DNA of 63,376 nt, the filler included, from Stramenopiles sp. TOSAG23-2 (Eukaryota): assembly GCA_900128395.1 (NCBI GenBank). It is 13 parts of 13 records of this genome, joined end to end, with 100 filler letters (N's around TTAATTAATTAA, not from the genome) between each part and the next. Parts side by side here need not be neighbours in the genome. Positions count along the whole stretch, not along the records: positions 22,130 to 27,551 come from LT650671.1; positions 27,652 to 33,071 come from LT650672.1; positions 33,172 to 38,587 come from LT650673.1; 10 more parts are not named here. One strand, 5' to 3'. The notes under the pieces are model-generated. The model ran no database searches. It saw nothing but the letters and a program-made list of their open reading frames with translations, and was not told the origin of the DNA. Positions 22,130 through 33,172 of the stretch are shown here, piece after piece. The position numbers and the translations under genes were made by a program. Position 1 is the stretch's first letter. Each line of letters starts with the position of its first letter.

Positions 22130-24118
22130 TGGAGCTCAGATGGTAGCAGCGATTCTGATGAGGGTGAAGATATGATGTATGACGATGGGGATTCTGAAAT
22201 GCCGATGAGTCGTAGTAGGAGAAGTCATCGTAGAAACCAAGCAAGTAGAAGAGACCTTTACGCATCTGGTAATAGTAGAAGGCAAAATCGTAGCAGACGT
22301 CGCAATCGTCGAGAAATAATTGATGAGGAGGAATTTATGATGGATTCCACATTTAAACAACATAGTAGTGGAAGACGAGGTGGTAGAAGCAATATGTCCG
22401 AAACATATAGAAGTAGTATTAGTAAATCAGGTCCGGGACTCCGACGTATGAGAACGTCTCCACCAGATCTATCGGATAGTGTACGATTGCCAGGGAGTAG
22501 GGGCAATAATGATAATCCACGATTGTATTTAACGGAAGGAAAAATGGGCGATAGATATAATAGTCGTGGGGGTCGTCAATTATTACCATCATCAGCACGT
22601 GAAGATTTATCTACAAATAGAACTGATAAGACTGATACGTCCGCGAATAGTAGCAATCGACCAAATGTAGCGTCCCTTCGAATAACCAATTTAACATTTG
22701 CATCGAAGTCAAGTTTAACGAAACAAATACGAATGAATGGTGGAAAAGGAAATGTTTCATTAAAGTTAATTGGACTTAAAAAATTAAATAAAAAGCAAAA
22801 GGGGAAAATGATAAAACTGCAAGTATACTCTGGTGATGATGAACTTGTATATTCTACAAAAGAAATGAAAAGTGATGGAACGACAAGCATCATGGAATGG
22901 CATGATGTAACAATGGCATCGACGAAAGATGGATTACGTGTAGATATTTTATCAGACAATAATGCAATTGGTAGTATTTTGTTAGATGATGATATTGTCA
23001 AAAATGCATGCCATACACAAGCTGTAACTACATTAAAAGTATTTGAAGTGAAAAAGAATGAGGAAGATGAGGATGATAATAAGAAGAATAAGAAACGAAT
23101 ACAAACGGTTATTGGTTTGATAGATATTGCAATGCAAACGGCAGATTCCATCAAAAGCTTTGGAACATCCATGGAATTAAGACCAAAAGCGTCGAACAAT
23201 ATTATCAAGTCTAGATTAGTCCATTCATCCTTTGAAACAAATACGAAAAATCAAAATTATGAAATGAAATTTAAAGATGTACTTGAAATCAATAATCTCA
23301 ACTTAGCATCAAGTAAAATTGTGAACTGCGTTGTTAAAGTAATATTTGGAAAAGATGATAATTTGTCCTTAGTTTTAAATGGTACTATCGAAATAAATGA
23401 CGATAACGATAGTAGTAACATTGTCTGCAAAGTTAACGATGGCAACAATAATCTTGAAGGTGTAGTGAAATTCAACTTAGATATTGTCAAATTAACACCA
23501 AGATCATCTGGATCATCTAGCCTTGCTAAACAACATTCTGGAAATTCAGATAAATTAGGCTCAACATTACCACCATCAAGAAGTACGGATGGTAAAAAAA
23601 ATCGTTCTCGTCATCGCCGTGTAAATACATATCAAGATGATCCTACTTCGTCATCATCTAGGCAAAAGGGGGATGGTAATGCTGTAAATGAGGACAAAGA
23701 AAATACACAAAAAAAATTGCAAAAGAAACATGGATCTTCCGCAGATTTAATTGATAATATCAATAAACTCCTTGTTAGATATTCGAAAAAATATTCCAAA
23801 GGGAAAGGAAAGAAAAAAGATAATTTACGTGAAAGTTTATTTAAAAAATTCTTAGCAAAAGAGCAAAATAATGATGAAATGTCCTCATCCTCTTCGTCGG
23901 ATTCAAAACGTAATATTAACATATCGTTTGTAGCATGGGTAGAAGTGATGTACGACATATTAGATGCTGTGGATGACAATAAAATATTAGATAAAGAACA
24001 AAGTGATTTAAGTAAAGCATTTGCAAGATTAACGGAAAGTGGTGATTTAATAAGAGAAATAGATGGTAAAGATCAAATAAGTGTTAATGCCTTTTTAGAA
24101 TATATTAAGAATTTGTGA
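22130..24118 (+). CDS. C2-like domain protein with C-terminal EF-hand-like segment; probably 5'-partial
   Basis: 648+ aa ORF; LRVDILSDNNAIGSILL (C2-like); DGKDQISVNAFLEYI (EF-like); frame is open to contig start. Confidence 0.7.
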   Translation, partial: WSSDGSSDSDEGEDMMYDDGDSEMPMSRSRRSHRRNQASRRDLYASGNSRRQNRSRRRNRREIIDEEEFMMDSTFKQHSSGRRGGRSNMSETYRSSISKSGPGLRRMRTSPPDLSDSVRLPGSRGNNDNPRLYLTEGKMGDRYNSRGGRQLLPSSAREDLSTNRTDKTDTSANSSNRPNVASLRITNLTFASKSSLTKQIRMNGGKGNVSLKLIGLKKLNKKQKGKMIKLQVYSGDDELVYSTKEMKSDGTTSIMEWHDVTMASTKDGLRVDILSDNNAIGSILLDDDIVKNACHTQAVTTLKVFEVKKNEEDEDDNKKNKKRIQTVIGLIDIAMQTADSIKSFGTSMELRPKASNNIIKSRLVHSSFETNTKNQNYEMKFKDVLEINNLNLASSKIVNCVVKVIFGKDDNLSLVLNGTIEINDDNDSSNIVCKVNDGNNNLEGVVKFNLDIVKLTPRSSGSSSLAKQHSGNSDKLGSTLPPSRSTDGKKNRSRHRRVNTYQDDPTSSSSRQKGDGNAVNEDKENTQKKLQKKHGSSADLIDNINKLLVRYSKKYSKGKGKKKDNLRESLFKKFLAKEQNNDEMSSSSSSDSKRNINISFVAWVEVMYDILDAVDDNKILDKEQSDLSKAFARLTESGDLIREIDGKDQISVNAFLEYIKNL

Positions 24119-25562
24119 AAAAAAGGGGCGGGGGAGAGAGAGAGGCATATTTGAAATGATGAATGTAGAAGAAGAGGAATAGTACACATATAACAATATA
24201 TATTTTTTATATAATTTGTGATTTTGTAAAAATAAAATGTACAAAAAAAAAATATGTATATCGACAAGGGCACATATTTTTGTGTTTTAAATATAATAAA
24301 ATATATATTATATCTCTAATTAGACTATGATAATAATTTCAATAATATGTGTGCGTCAATTAAGATTTTAAAATTCTTCCTATCACTTGATTAAATTTGA
24401 TATGATATGTAGATATAGTATTATTCAGTATAGTTGTTAGTATATGTTTTTACAACATTCGTTTTGTCCTGACAGTTTCTAGATCTATTAATCCTGTGCC
24501 TATATTATGCTTATACCAGGCTTATATTACTGGCTTACCACTTAGATCTATTCAACTGCTCCCTGCCTCCCATCTCATCACAATATTTAAACTTCGCCTC
24601 TCGAATAGTTTAATTATAGCATGTGCATAGCATTCCTTATAGCACTGACGACAGTTGATATTATAATGATGATTAGCATTGAGATAATATTACGATTCTA
24701 TAACGATATTATAATGATAATTAGCATGAAGATAATATTACGATCCAAAAATGCAATGTGTTTTAAATGAAAAAATGAATGAACACCAACAAAATAAAAC
24801 TAAGTACTATTGAAATATAGACGAAAAATACAAATATATATATATATTTGTATTTTTCGTCTATATTTCAATAGTACTTAGTTTTATTTTGTTGGTGTTC
24901 ATTCATTTTTTCATTTAAAACACATTGCATTTTTGGATCGTAATATTATCTTCATGCTAATTATCATTATAATATCGTTATAGAATCGTAATATTATCTC
25001 AATGCTAATCATCATTATAATATCAACTGTCGTCAGTGCTATAAGGAATGCTATGCACATGCTATAATTAAACTATTCGAGAGGCGAAGTTTAAATATTG
25101 TGATGAGATGGGAGGCAGGGAGCAGTTGAATAGATCTAAGTGGTAAGCCAGTAATATAAGCCTGGTATAAGCATAATATAGGCACAGGATTAATAGATCT
25201 AGAAACTGTCAGGACAAAACGAATGTTGTAAAAACATATACTAACAACTATACTGAATAATACTATATCTACATATCATATCAAATTTAATCAAGTGATA
25301 GGAAGAATTTTAAAATCTTAATTGACGCACACATATTATTGAAATTATTATCATAGTCTAATTAGAGATATAATATATATTTTATTATATTTAAAACACA
25401 AAAATATGTGCCCTTGTCGATATACATATTTTTTTTTTGTACATTTTATTTTTACAAAATCACAAATTATATAAAAAATATATATTGTTATATGTGTACT
25501 ATTCCTCTTCTTCTACATTCATCATTTCAAATATGCCTCTCTCTCTCCCCCGCCCCTTTTTT

Positions 25563-27509
25563 TCACAAATTCTTAATATATTCTAAAAAGGCATTAACAC
25601 TTATTTGATCTTTACCATCTATTTCTCTTATTAAATCACCACTTTCCGTTAATCTTGCAAATGCTTTACTTAAATCACTTTGTTCTTTATCTAATATTTT
25701 ATTGTCATCCACAGCATCTAATATGTCGTACATCACTTCTACCCATGCTACAAACGATATGTTAATATTACGTTTTGAATCCGACGAAGAGGATGAGGAC
25801 ATTTCATCATTATTTTGCTCTTTTGCTAAGAATTTTTTAAATAAACTTTCACGTAAATTATCTTTTTTCTTTCCTTTCCCTTTGGAATATTTTTTCGAAT
25901 ATCTAACAAGGAGTTTATTGATATTATCAATTAAATCTGCGGAAGATCCATGTTTCTTTTGCAATTTTTTTTGTGTATTTTCTTTGTCCTCATTTACAGC
26001 ATTACCATCCCCCTTTTGCCTAGATGATGACGAAGTAGGATCATCTTGATATGTATTTACACGGCGATGACGAGAACGATTTTTTTTACCATCCGTACTT
26101 CTTGATGGTGGTAATGTTGAGCCTAATTTATCTGAATTTCCAGAATGTTGTTTAGCAAGGCTAGATGATCCAGATGATCTTGGTGTTAATTTGACAATAT
26201 CTAAGTTGAATTTCACTACACCTTCAAGATTATTGTTGCCATCGTTAACTTTGCAGACAATGTTACTACTATCGTTATCGTCATTTATTTCGATAGTACC
26301 ATTTAAAACTAAGGACAAATTATCATCTTTTCCAAATATTACTTTAACAACGCAGTTCACAATTTTACTTGATGCTAAGTTGAGATTATTGATTTCAAGT
26401 ACATCTTTAAATTTCATTTCATAATTTTGATTTTTCGTATTTGTTTCAAAGGATGAATGGACTAATCTAGACTTGATAATATTGTTCGACGCTTTTGGTC
26501 TTAATTCCATGGATGTTCCAAAGCTTTTGATGGAATCTGCCGTTTGCATTGCAATATCTATCAAACCAATAACCGTTTGTATTCGTTTCTTATTCTTCTT
26601 ATTATCATCCTCATCTTCCTCATTCTTTTTCACTTCAAATACTTTTAATGTAGTTACAGCTTGTGTATGGCATGCATTTTTGACAATATCATCATCTAAC
26701 AAAATACTACCAATTGCATTATTGTCTGATAAAATATCTACACGTAATCCATCTTTCGTCGATGCCATTGTTACATCATGCCATTCCATGATGCTTGTCG
26801 TTCCATCACTTTTCATTTCTTTTGTAGAATATACAAGTTCATCATCACCAGAGTATACTTGCAGTTTTATCATTTTCCCCTTTTGCTTTTTATTTAATTT
26901 TTTAAGTCCAATTAACTTTAATGAAACATTTCCTTTTCCACCATTCATTCGTATTTGTTTCGTTAAACTTGACTTCGATGCAAATGTTAAATTGGTTATT
27001 CGAAGGGACGCTACATTTGGTCGATTGCTACTATTCGCGGACGTATCAGTCTTATCAGTTCTATTTGTAGATAAATCTTCACGTGCTGATGATGGTAATA
27101 ATTGACGACCCCCACGACTATTATATCTATCGCCCATTTTTCCTTCCGTTAAATACAATCGTGGATTATCATTATTGCCCCTACTCCCTGGCAATCGTAC
27201 ACTATCCGATAGATCTGGTGGAGACGTTCTCATACGTCGGAGTCCCGGACCTGATTTACTAATACTACTTCTATATGTTTCGGACATATTGCTTCTACCA
27301 CCTCGTCTTCCACTACTATGTTGTTTAAATGTGGAATCCATCATAAATTCCTCCTCATCAATTATTTCTCGACGATTGCGACGTCTGCTACGATTTTGCC
27401 TTCTACTATTACCAGATGCGTAAAGGTCTCTTCTACTTGCTTGGTTTCTACGATGACTTCTCCTACTACGACTCATCGGCATTTCAGAATCCCCATCGTC
27501 ATACATCAT
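25563..27509 (-). CDS. Inverted identical copy of the 22172-24118 gene (probably artefactual)
   Basis: Identical translation, located in the second palindrome arm. Confidence 0.5.
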   Translation of the reverse strand: MMYDDGDSEMPMSRSRRSHRRNQASRRDLYASGNSRRQNRSRRRNRREIIDEEEFMMDSTFKQHSSGRRGGRSNMSETYRSSISKSGPGLRRMRTSPPDLSDSVRLPGSRGNNDNPRLYLTEGKMGDRYNSRGGRQLLPSSAREDLSTNRTDKTDTSANSSNRPNVASLRITNLTFASKSSLTKQIRMNGGKGNVSLKLIGLKKLNKKQKGKMIKLQVYSGDDELVYSTKEMKSDGTTSIMEWHDVTMASTKDGLRVDILSDNNAIGSILLDDDIVKNACHTQAVTTLKVFEVKKNEEDEDDNKKNKKRIQTVIGLIDIAMQTADSIKSFGTSMELRPKASNNIIKSRLVHSSFETNTKNQNYEMKFKDVLEINNLNLASSKIVNCVVKVIFGKDDNLSLVLNGTIEINDDNDSSNIVCKVNDGNNNLEGVVKFNLDIVKLTPRSSGSSSLAKQHSGNSDKLGSTLPPSRSTDGKKNRSRHRRVNTYQDDPTSSSSRQKGDGNAVNEDKENTQKKLQKKHGSSADLIDNINKLLVRYSKKYSKGKGKKKDNLRESLFKKFLAKEQNNDEMSSSSSSDSKRNINISFVAWVEVMYDILDAVDDNKILDKEQSDLSKAFARLTESGDLIREIDGKDQISVNAFLEYIKNL

Positions 27510-27652
27510 ATCTTCACCCTCAACAGAATCGCTGCTACCATCTGAGCTCTANNNNNNNNNNNNNNNNNNNNNNNNNNNNNNNNNNNNNNNNNNNNTTAAT
27601 TAATTAANNNNNNNNNNNNNNNNNNNNNNNNNNNNNNNNNNNNNNNNNNNNA

Positions 27653-29388
27653 TTATACGCCATTTCCAACATTATCATTTAATGGAATGTAACTATTGCT
27701 TCCATCATCATCATCCAATTTACTTATTGATTGTGTCGAATCTTCTCCTGAATTTTTACCAAAACGATATGCACCATATAGTGAAAACATAACGACAGCA
27801 CCAACTAACAATGATATAAGAAATGGAGCCTGTAAATAAAAAGATATGGACAAAAAAAATATCAATGTTAGCTAATTTAATTTCAAATATCATGTTATTT
27901 ATTTATAAATATTAAATAATATATAATTATGACATATATACTTACAACCCATGTTGCATCGCCATCACATTCAATTTTGCTTTTACATGCAACATCAGTG
28001 CTGGATGAGAACAAACACATTAAATCAGCTGCAATTTCAATCTGATCATTCAATACATCACCAGAGCAGCCGGATAGATATGGAAATTGGAAAAAGTTTT
28101 TGATTGTTCCTGATTCCCCAGTACCATCTAATTTTGTCATTGTCACATGCATCCTGCACATTTTAGTAGGCTCCCCGGCACCATCAGCTGTTTCTTTTTT
28201 TAGGAATGAAACTTGTGTCTTCATGATGTATTATATGTATAATATATATATGAAATATAAGTTAGTCTATTTTTTCTTTGGTTTTACGATTCATCAAAAT
28301 TAATATACAGTAAATACTTACATCCGATAACAATTTGACATCGCAATTACATGGTTTAGATGGTATTATCGCTGGAAATGATGCTGGTGTGATTCCACCG
28401 TTTGATGTACTCTCCATCAACTTTCGAACCATTGATGGGGCTTGGGAATTTTGCGTAAATTTGGCCACATTGGGTGTAGTCATTTCACATGTTTTTTCAC
28501 AACTATTTTGAATATTTGTTGATTGCGTTTCCATAATACCTTGTATTTCTTTTAGTGTAGCTGGATCTTTTGATGCTTTACTAAACATAGTAACACCGAT
28601 TTGCCCAAGTCCACATTTACCTTGATAAAATGCACCAACAAGATTTGTTGGATTTGGAATAGGCGTTGGTGGTGGTGTTGCAGGTGCACACGCTGCTTCT
28701 GTTGAAAATCCATAATACCTTGTATTTCTTTTAGTGTAGCTGGATCTTTTGATGCTTTACTAAACATAGTAACACCGATTTGCCCAAGTCCACATTTACC
28801 TTGATAAAATGCACCAACAAGATTTGTTGGATTTGGAATAGGCGTTGGTGGTGGTGTTGCAGGTGCACACGCTGCTTCTGTTGAAAATGTAACAGTGGAA
28901 TCACACTTATTATTATCCTTTGCTACTCCAACAATGGTTGTACCACATCCAGGTTTGGTACAACAAGTTAATTTTAAACGCGTAGTAGTAATTCCACCAT
29001 TTTTACAATTGGCGTTTGAAAAGGTCATTGTAACTCCGGCTGGATTATTCGCCATCATTGTGACAGTACTATCACCATAACCCATAACGATACATTCGTC
29101 ATCATTATATTTTATGATGCTTGCTCCACTTGGTGGTGGATTCAACTTTTGACAAGATGGTATTCTCGATGCATCGCAACTTCCACAAGGATTTACGCAA
29201 TACTTATAGCCCTCCAGCGTTTCCCTCCCAGTGAATTGTGGAGGATATTCATAACCAAAATCTAATAATGTAAAATCATATGTATGACCCTGATTATAAG
29301 TATCAGGCACCCTACATGTATGTCTTGCATGTGTTACTACAGTGAAGATACACATTGTATATAACAAATATATTGGATATGATTTCAT
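27653..29388 (-). CDS. Type I membrane protein with M6PR/ATG27 (MRH)-like domain; 2 introns
   Basis: Signal peptide; YDFTLL..YKYCVNPC..TTRLKLTC..FSTEAAC. Phase-0 GT-AG introns at 28219-28321 and 27830-27945. TM segment then a YIPL tail motif. A 179-bp duplication (28530-28887) interrupts the frame. Confidence 0.8.
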
Positions 29389-29957
29389 TGTTCTTATTTT
29401 TAATATATATAATATATTATAATATATGTATATATTGTGTTTTTATTTACAATATATATGTGTTTTTCTTTGTAGATATCGTACTTGAATAAAATTGTTC
29501 TTTTTATTTATATATATATATGATACGACTCGTAGTGTTTATAGATCTATGTGTGTGTATATGTGTATCTTATACAGATGTATATATTATATATTAATAT
29601 GATAAAATATGTAAAAAAAAAATCTTTTTTCACTACAAGTACAGGTACCTGGTATTATACAGTAAGTGCCGCCTATACGTGTTTGTTCCGTATTTTTATA
29701 CTGCTGAAACTATGATGCAATATATCATACGGTAGCTAGTCTAGTGCTTTAGCTAGAGCTACCGTGGTAGTAGAGCTTGCTGCCGGCTGGCCCAGCTGGC
29801 TTGCTGGCTTGCCATCTTGCAACTTGCTTGCCAGCTTGCCTTAGCTTGCTCGACTCTTTTTCGCGAACCCACGTTCACTGTACGTAGTTGCCGTATAATT
29901 TTTATTATATACTTTCGTAAACGATATATATATATATATATATATCATATTTTAAAT

Positions 29958-31613
29958 TCATGATGATGATGTATATAGCACTTTTTTCTCTATTAACACA
30001 CCCATGTTCCAAACACCTGTTTTATGTGTCCCGTCGTGGAAATTGATAACACAACCTTCTCCGTGAAATTGTCTATCATGAAAAAAACCATGATATAATC
30101 TGAAATTAGATTCAAATAGTTCTGTATCATCATCTGCATTTATATCTTCATCAAGATTACTACTAATTTCTGTCTTCTCCTCGTTTTCGTATCTATTTTT
30201 GGTATCATCTAAAAATATATCTTCTTTCTTTTCTTCGATAACAAATTCGTCATTATTATCCTCATCGTTATTATTATTATTATTACTATTATCTTCTCTT
30301 CTTACTAAGTTTACAATTATCATTTCGATTATTTCTTTTATGATTTGAGTAATTTTTTTCTCTATATTTTCCTCATCAATTTTATTATCTAACTCTTCTT
30401 TTTCAAGATTTAATACTCTGCTAAGACTAGCTGTTACTGGACCAAATGTACCTTTAAGTGGGATTATATCTATAAAAAAAGGTAAATTTGGTAAACCATG
30501 TTTATTAAATTTGCCTGTCCAAATAAAATTATTTGCAAACTTTATGGTACCATTGTTGTAAAATTTTCCATTTAAAAAAAATCCATTGTATAAAATTTGT
30601 GTTTTACTATTGTACTCTATCCCATTACCTGTTGGTAAACCTTTTTCATTAAATGTGCCTTCAAAAAAAGAATGTTCTTCTTTGTTGTTGTGCTTATCAT
30701 TATTATTATCATCATCATTGTCTATTATTATATTATTATTACCATCATCCATATTATTATTATTGTTTTGTCCATGAAATATCATTTTGCCTTCTATTGG
30801 TCTATTGCTTTTAAATTTTCCAGTGAATTTGCGGCCATCGCTAAAATATTCAATCCCGCGAACTTTTTTTCCTTTTCGAATCTCACCGCTAAATCTGCCA
30901 CCTCGATCACCATATATTCTACCATTTTTGTCATGTGGTTTTTTATCTTTCCATTTGCCAATATACCATCCTAATTTCGTTTCTAATAACCCATGCTTTC
31001 TACCATCAAATTTGCCAATCGCTGGCACAACGTCATCATATTTTTCAACTTGTAATTTATTGTTAATAAAAGTTCCATTTACTACAAAACCATCTTGAAA
31101 TTGAATTAATCCAGTGCCATTTAATTTATTATTAGAAGTGAAATGACCAATAAATGTACGATTGGCATGATCTACATATTGTCCTTTAACAAATTTACCA
31201 TCTTCAAAGATCCCTTCATACATACGGCCATTTCTTTTCAAAATTCCTTCCCCGTTAAACATGGAATTTTTAAAATGACCGACATATTTATATTTCTTTG
31301 ATACATTTTTTAATTCACCGTACCCTGACATTTTATTCATATTCATACCGCCTTTATAAATTGCATTTTTTCGTATACCTACTTTCCATATCATCGTATT
31401 TTCATTTCCAATGCCATGTCGATCCCCATTAGTAAATTCGCCTTCGTACATATATTCATTGTTTTCAAATTTACCATGTCCATGTGGCAAGCCATCTTTC
31501 CAATTACCATCATATATTCCGACACCACCTTCAGACACAAATTGTGCCTTGCCTTTCCAAACGCCTTTTATTGGTACAATATAATTTATGGAAATTATTG
31601 GAGATGCTTTCAT
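29958..31613 (-). CDS. MORN-repeat protein
   Basis: Many YxGxW/FxxGxxxGxG repeats. Confidence 0.9.
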   Translation of the reverse strand: MKASPIISINYIVPIKGVWKGKAQFVSEGGVGIYDGNWKDGLPHGHGKFENNEYMYEGEFTNGDRHGIGNENTMIWKVGIRKNAIYKGGMNMNKMSGYGELKNVSKKYKYVGHFKNSMFNGEGILKRNGRMYEGIFEDGKFVKGQYVDHANRTFIGHFTSNNKLNGTGLIQFQDGFVVNGTFINNKLQVEKYDDVVPAIGKFDGRKHGLLETKLGWYIGKWKDKKPHDKNGRIYGDRGGRFSGEIRKGKKVRGIEYFSDGRKFTGKFKSNRPIEGKMIFHGQNNNNNMDDGNNNIIIDNDDDNNNDKHNNKEEHSFFEGTFNEKGLPTGNGIEYNSKTQILYNGFFLNGKFYNNGTIKFANNFIWTGKFNKHGLPNLPFFIDIIPLKGTFGPVTASLSRVLNLEKEELDNKIDEENIEKKITQIIKEIIEMIIVNLVRREDNSNNNNNNDEDNNDEFVIEEKKEDIFLDDTKNRYENEEKTEISSNLDEDINADDDTELFESNFRLYHGFFHDRQFHGEGCVINFHDGTHKTGVWNMGVLIEKKVLYTSSS

Positions 31614-31956
31614 TGCTACAAGAGAAAGAGAGAGAGAGAGAGAGATGTTGGAGAGAGAGGTATCGTTTATTATTTATAAAATATCTCTCTAAAAATATGG
31701 TGAGCGATGAGTGCGAGGTTTAATAATTATTAAAATAATTTTGGATGATAGAGATTGGAAATACTCGTATTATATATACGAGTATAATATTATATTATTT
31801 TTGAGTTTTTTGAAGACAAAAAACTATATATATATATATATATATATAAAGCAACACACAAACACACCACATTTTATATATAATTTCTCGGCCTCTAATA
31901 TATATAATTTAATACCAGTACTAGTATAACCCCAGATGTACTTAATAAAATATGGT

Positions 31957-33071
31957 TTACAATTTTGAATTTCTTCCTGCAACAACAATGCCATGATCTA
32001 CTAAACTTTTGCAACCATCAACTATGGAATCTTTGAAATTAATGAAATTAACATTTAAATATTTACGTGCACGTTCATTTGAAATTTTGAATTTCTTCCT
32101 GCAACAACAATGCCATGATCTACTAAACTTTTGCAACCATCAACTATGGAATCTTTGAAATTAATGAAATTAACATTTAAATATTTACGTGCACGTTCAT
32201 TTGAATACAATAATGATTGCAATGGAGGGCCATCTGATTTTTTAGGTACTGGCCATCCTTGAAATTCATTGGATTGAAGTAAAGCTTTTGCGATATTTTC
32301 ACGTGGAATTGAATCCTCAGATGATAAAACAAATCTTGCTTCTCCACTGGAATTTCTTAAACCATTCAATGATAAATCAACATGCATTGCATTAACATGT
32401 GCTTGTGCGACATTCCGCACGTCAACAATACCAAATGCAGCAGCACTTACTGATTCTGTTGAACCATCAATTAAACTTTCCATAAATGAAACAGACGCTG
32501 CATCAGCACGTGAATTTAATACTGGTCCTAAGATGAAACTTGGACAAATGGAAACCATTTCAATATTCAGTTCTTGAGATAATTTCCAAGCTTCTCTTTC
32601 TGCTAAACTTTTTGACATACGATATGCACCATTTTCCACCGTATTATCCGTTTGCCAATCGTCTTCACTCCATATATATGCCGTACCTTTTGGTGTTGGA
32701 TCAGCCCATGTAACTGCAGCGCATGAAGATGTGAGTATGATTCTTTCTATCGTACCTGCTCGTTTTGCTGATGATAAAACATTTTTTGTACCTTCAACTG
32801 CCGGGGTAATGAAGTTCATTCCATCTCCATTCGGTGCCTCGAAGAAAAAAGGTGATGCCATATGATGCACGTATTTAGCTCCTTTTAATGCTGCATCAAA
32901 ACTATTTGCCTTCATTAAATCACATCCCTCAAATAATTCCACTCCAATAGATTCTAAATAGCCTGTTTTACTAGGTGATTTACTACGTACGGTACCTCGA
33001 ACAGTATATTTATTTGATTCCATTAATAATTTACATACATGTCCTGCTGCATATCCTGATGCACCTGTTAC
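31957..33071 (-). CDS. Extended SDR, dihydroflavonol/cinnamoyl-CoA reductase-like; 5'-partial
   Basis: VTGASGY, HMASP, TSSCAAV, YRMSK. The true stop is at 31957 after collapsing the 122-bp duplication (31961-32204). Confidence 0.9.
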
Positions 33072-33172
33072 NNNNNNNNNNNNNNNNNNNNNNNNNNNNN
33101 NNNNNNNNNNNNNNNTTAATTAATTAANNNNNNNNNNNNNNNNNNNNNNNNNNNNNNNNNNNNNNNNNNNNT

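Larger units (their letters stand above)
22130..27551. repeat. Whole-contig palindrome (2711-bp arms, no spacer)
   Basis: Symmetry axis lies between 24840 and 24841 in an (AT)n run; only 2 mismatches seen, both near the contig ends. Confidence 0.97.

Noticed and set aside
22576..23208. Antisense and overlapping ORFs here and throughout the ORF track
   Set aside because: Shadow frames of real genes or low-complexity AT-rich ORFs, with no recognisable motifs.
24657..24745. Two ~46-bp tandem units; possible CRISPR or telomeric repeat
   Set aside because: Only two degenerate copies, no spacers, no cas genes, and a eukaryotic context.
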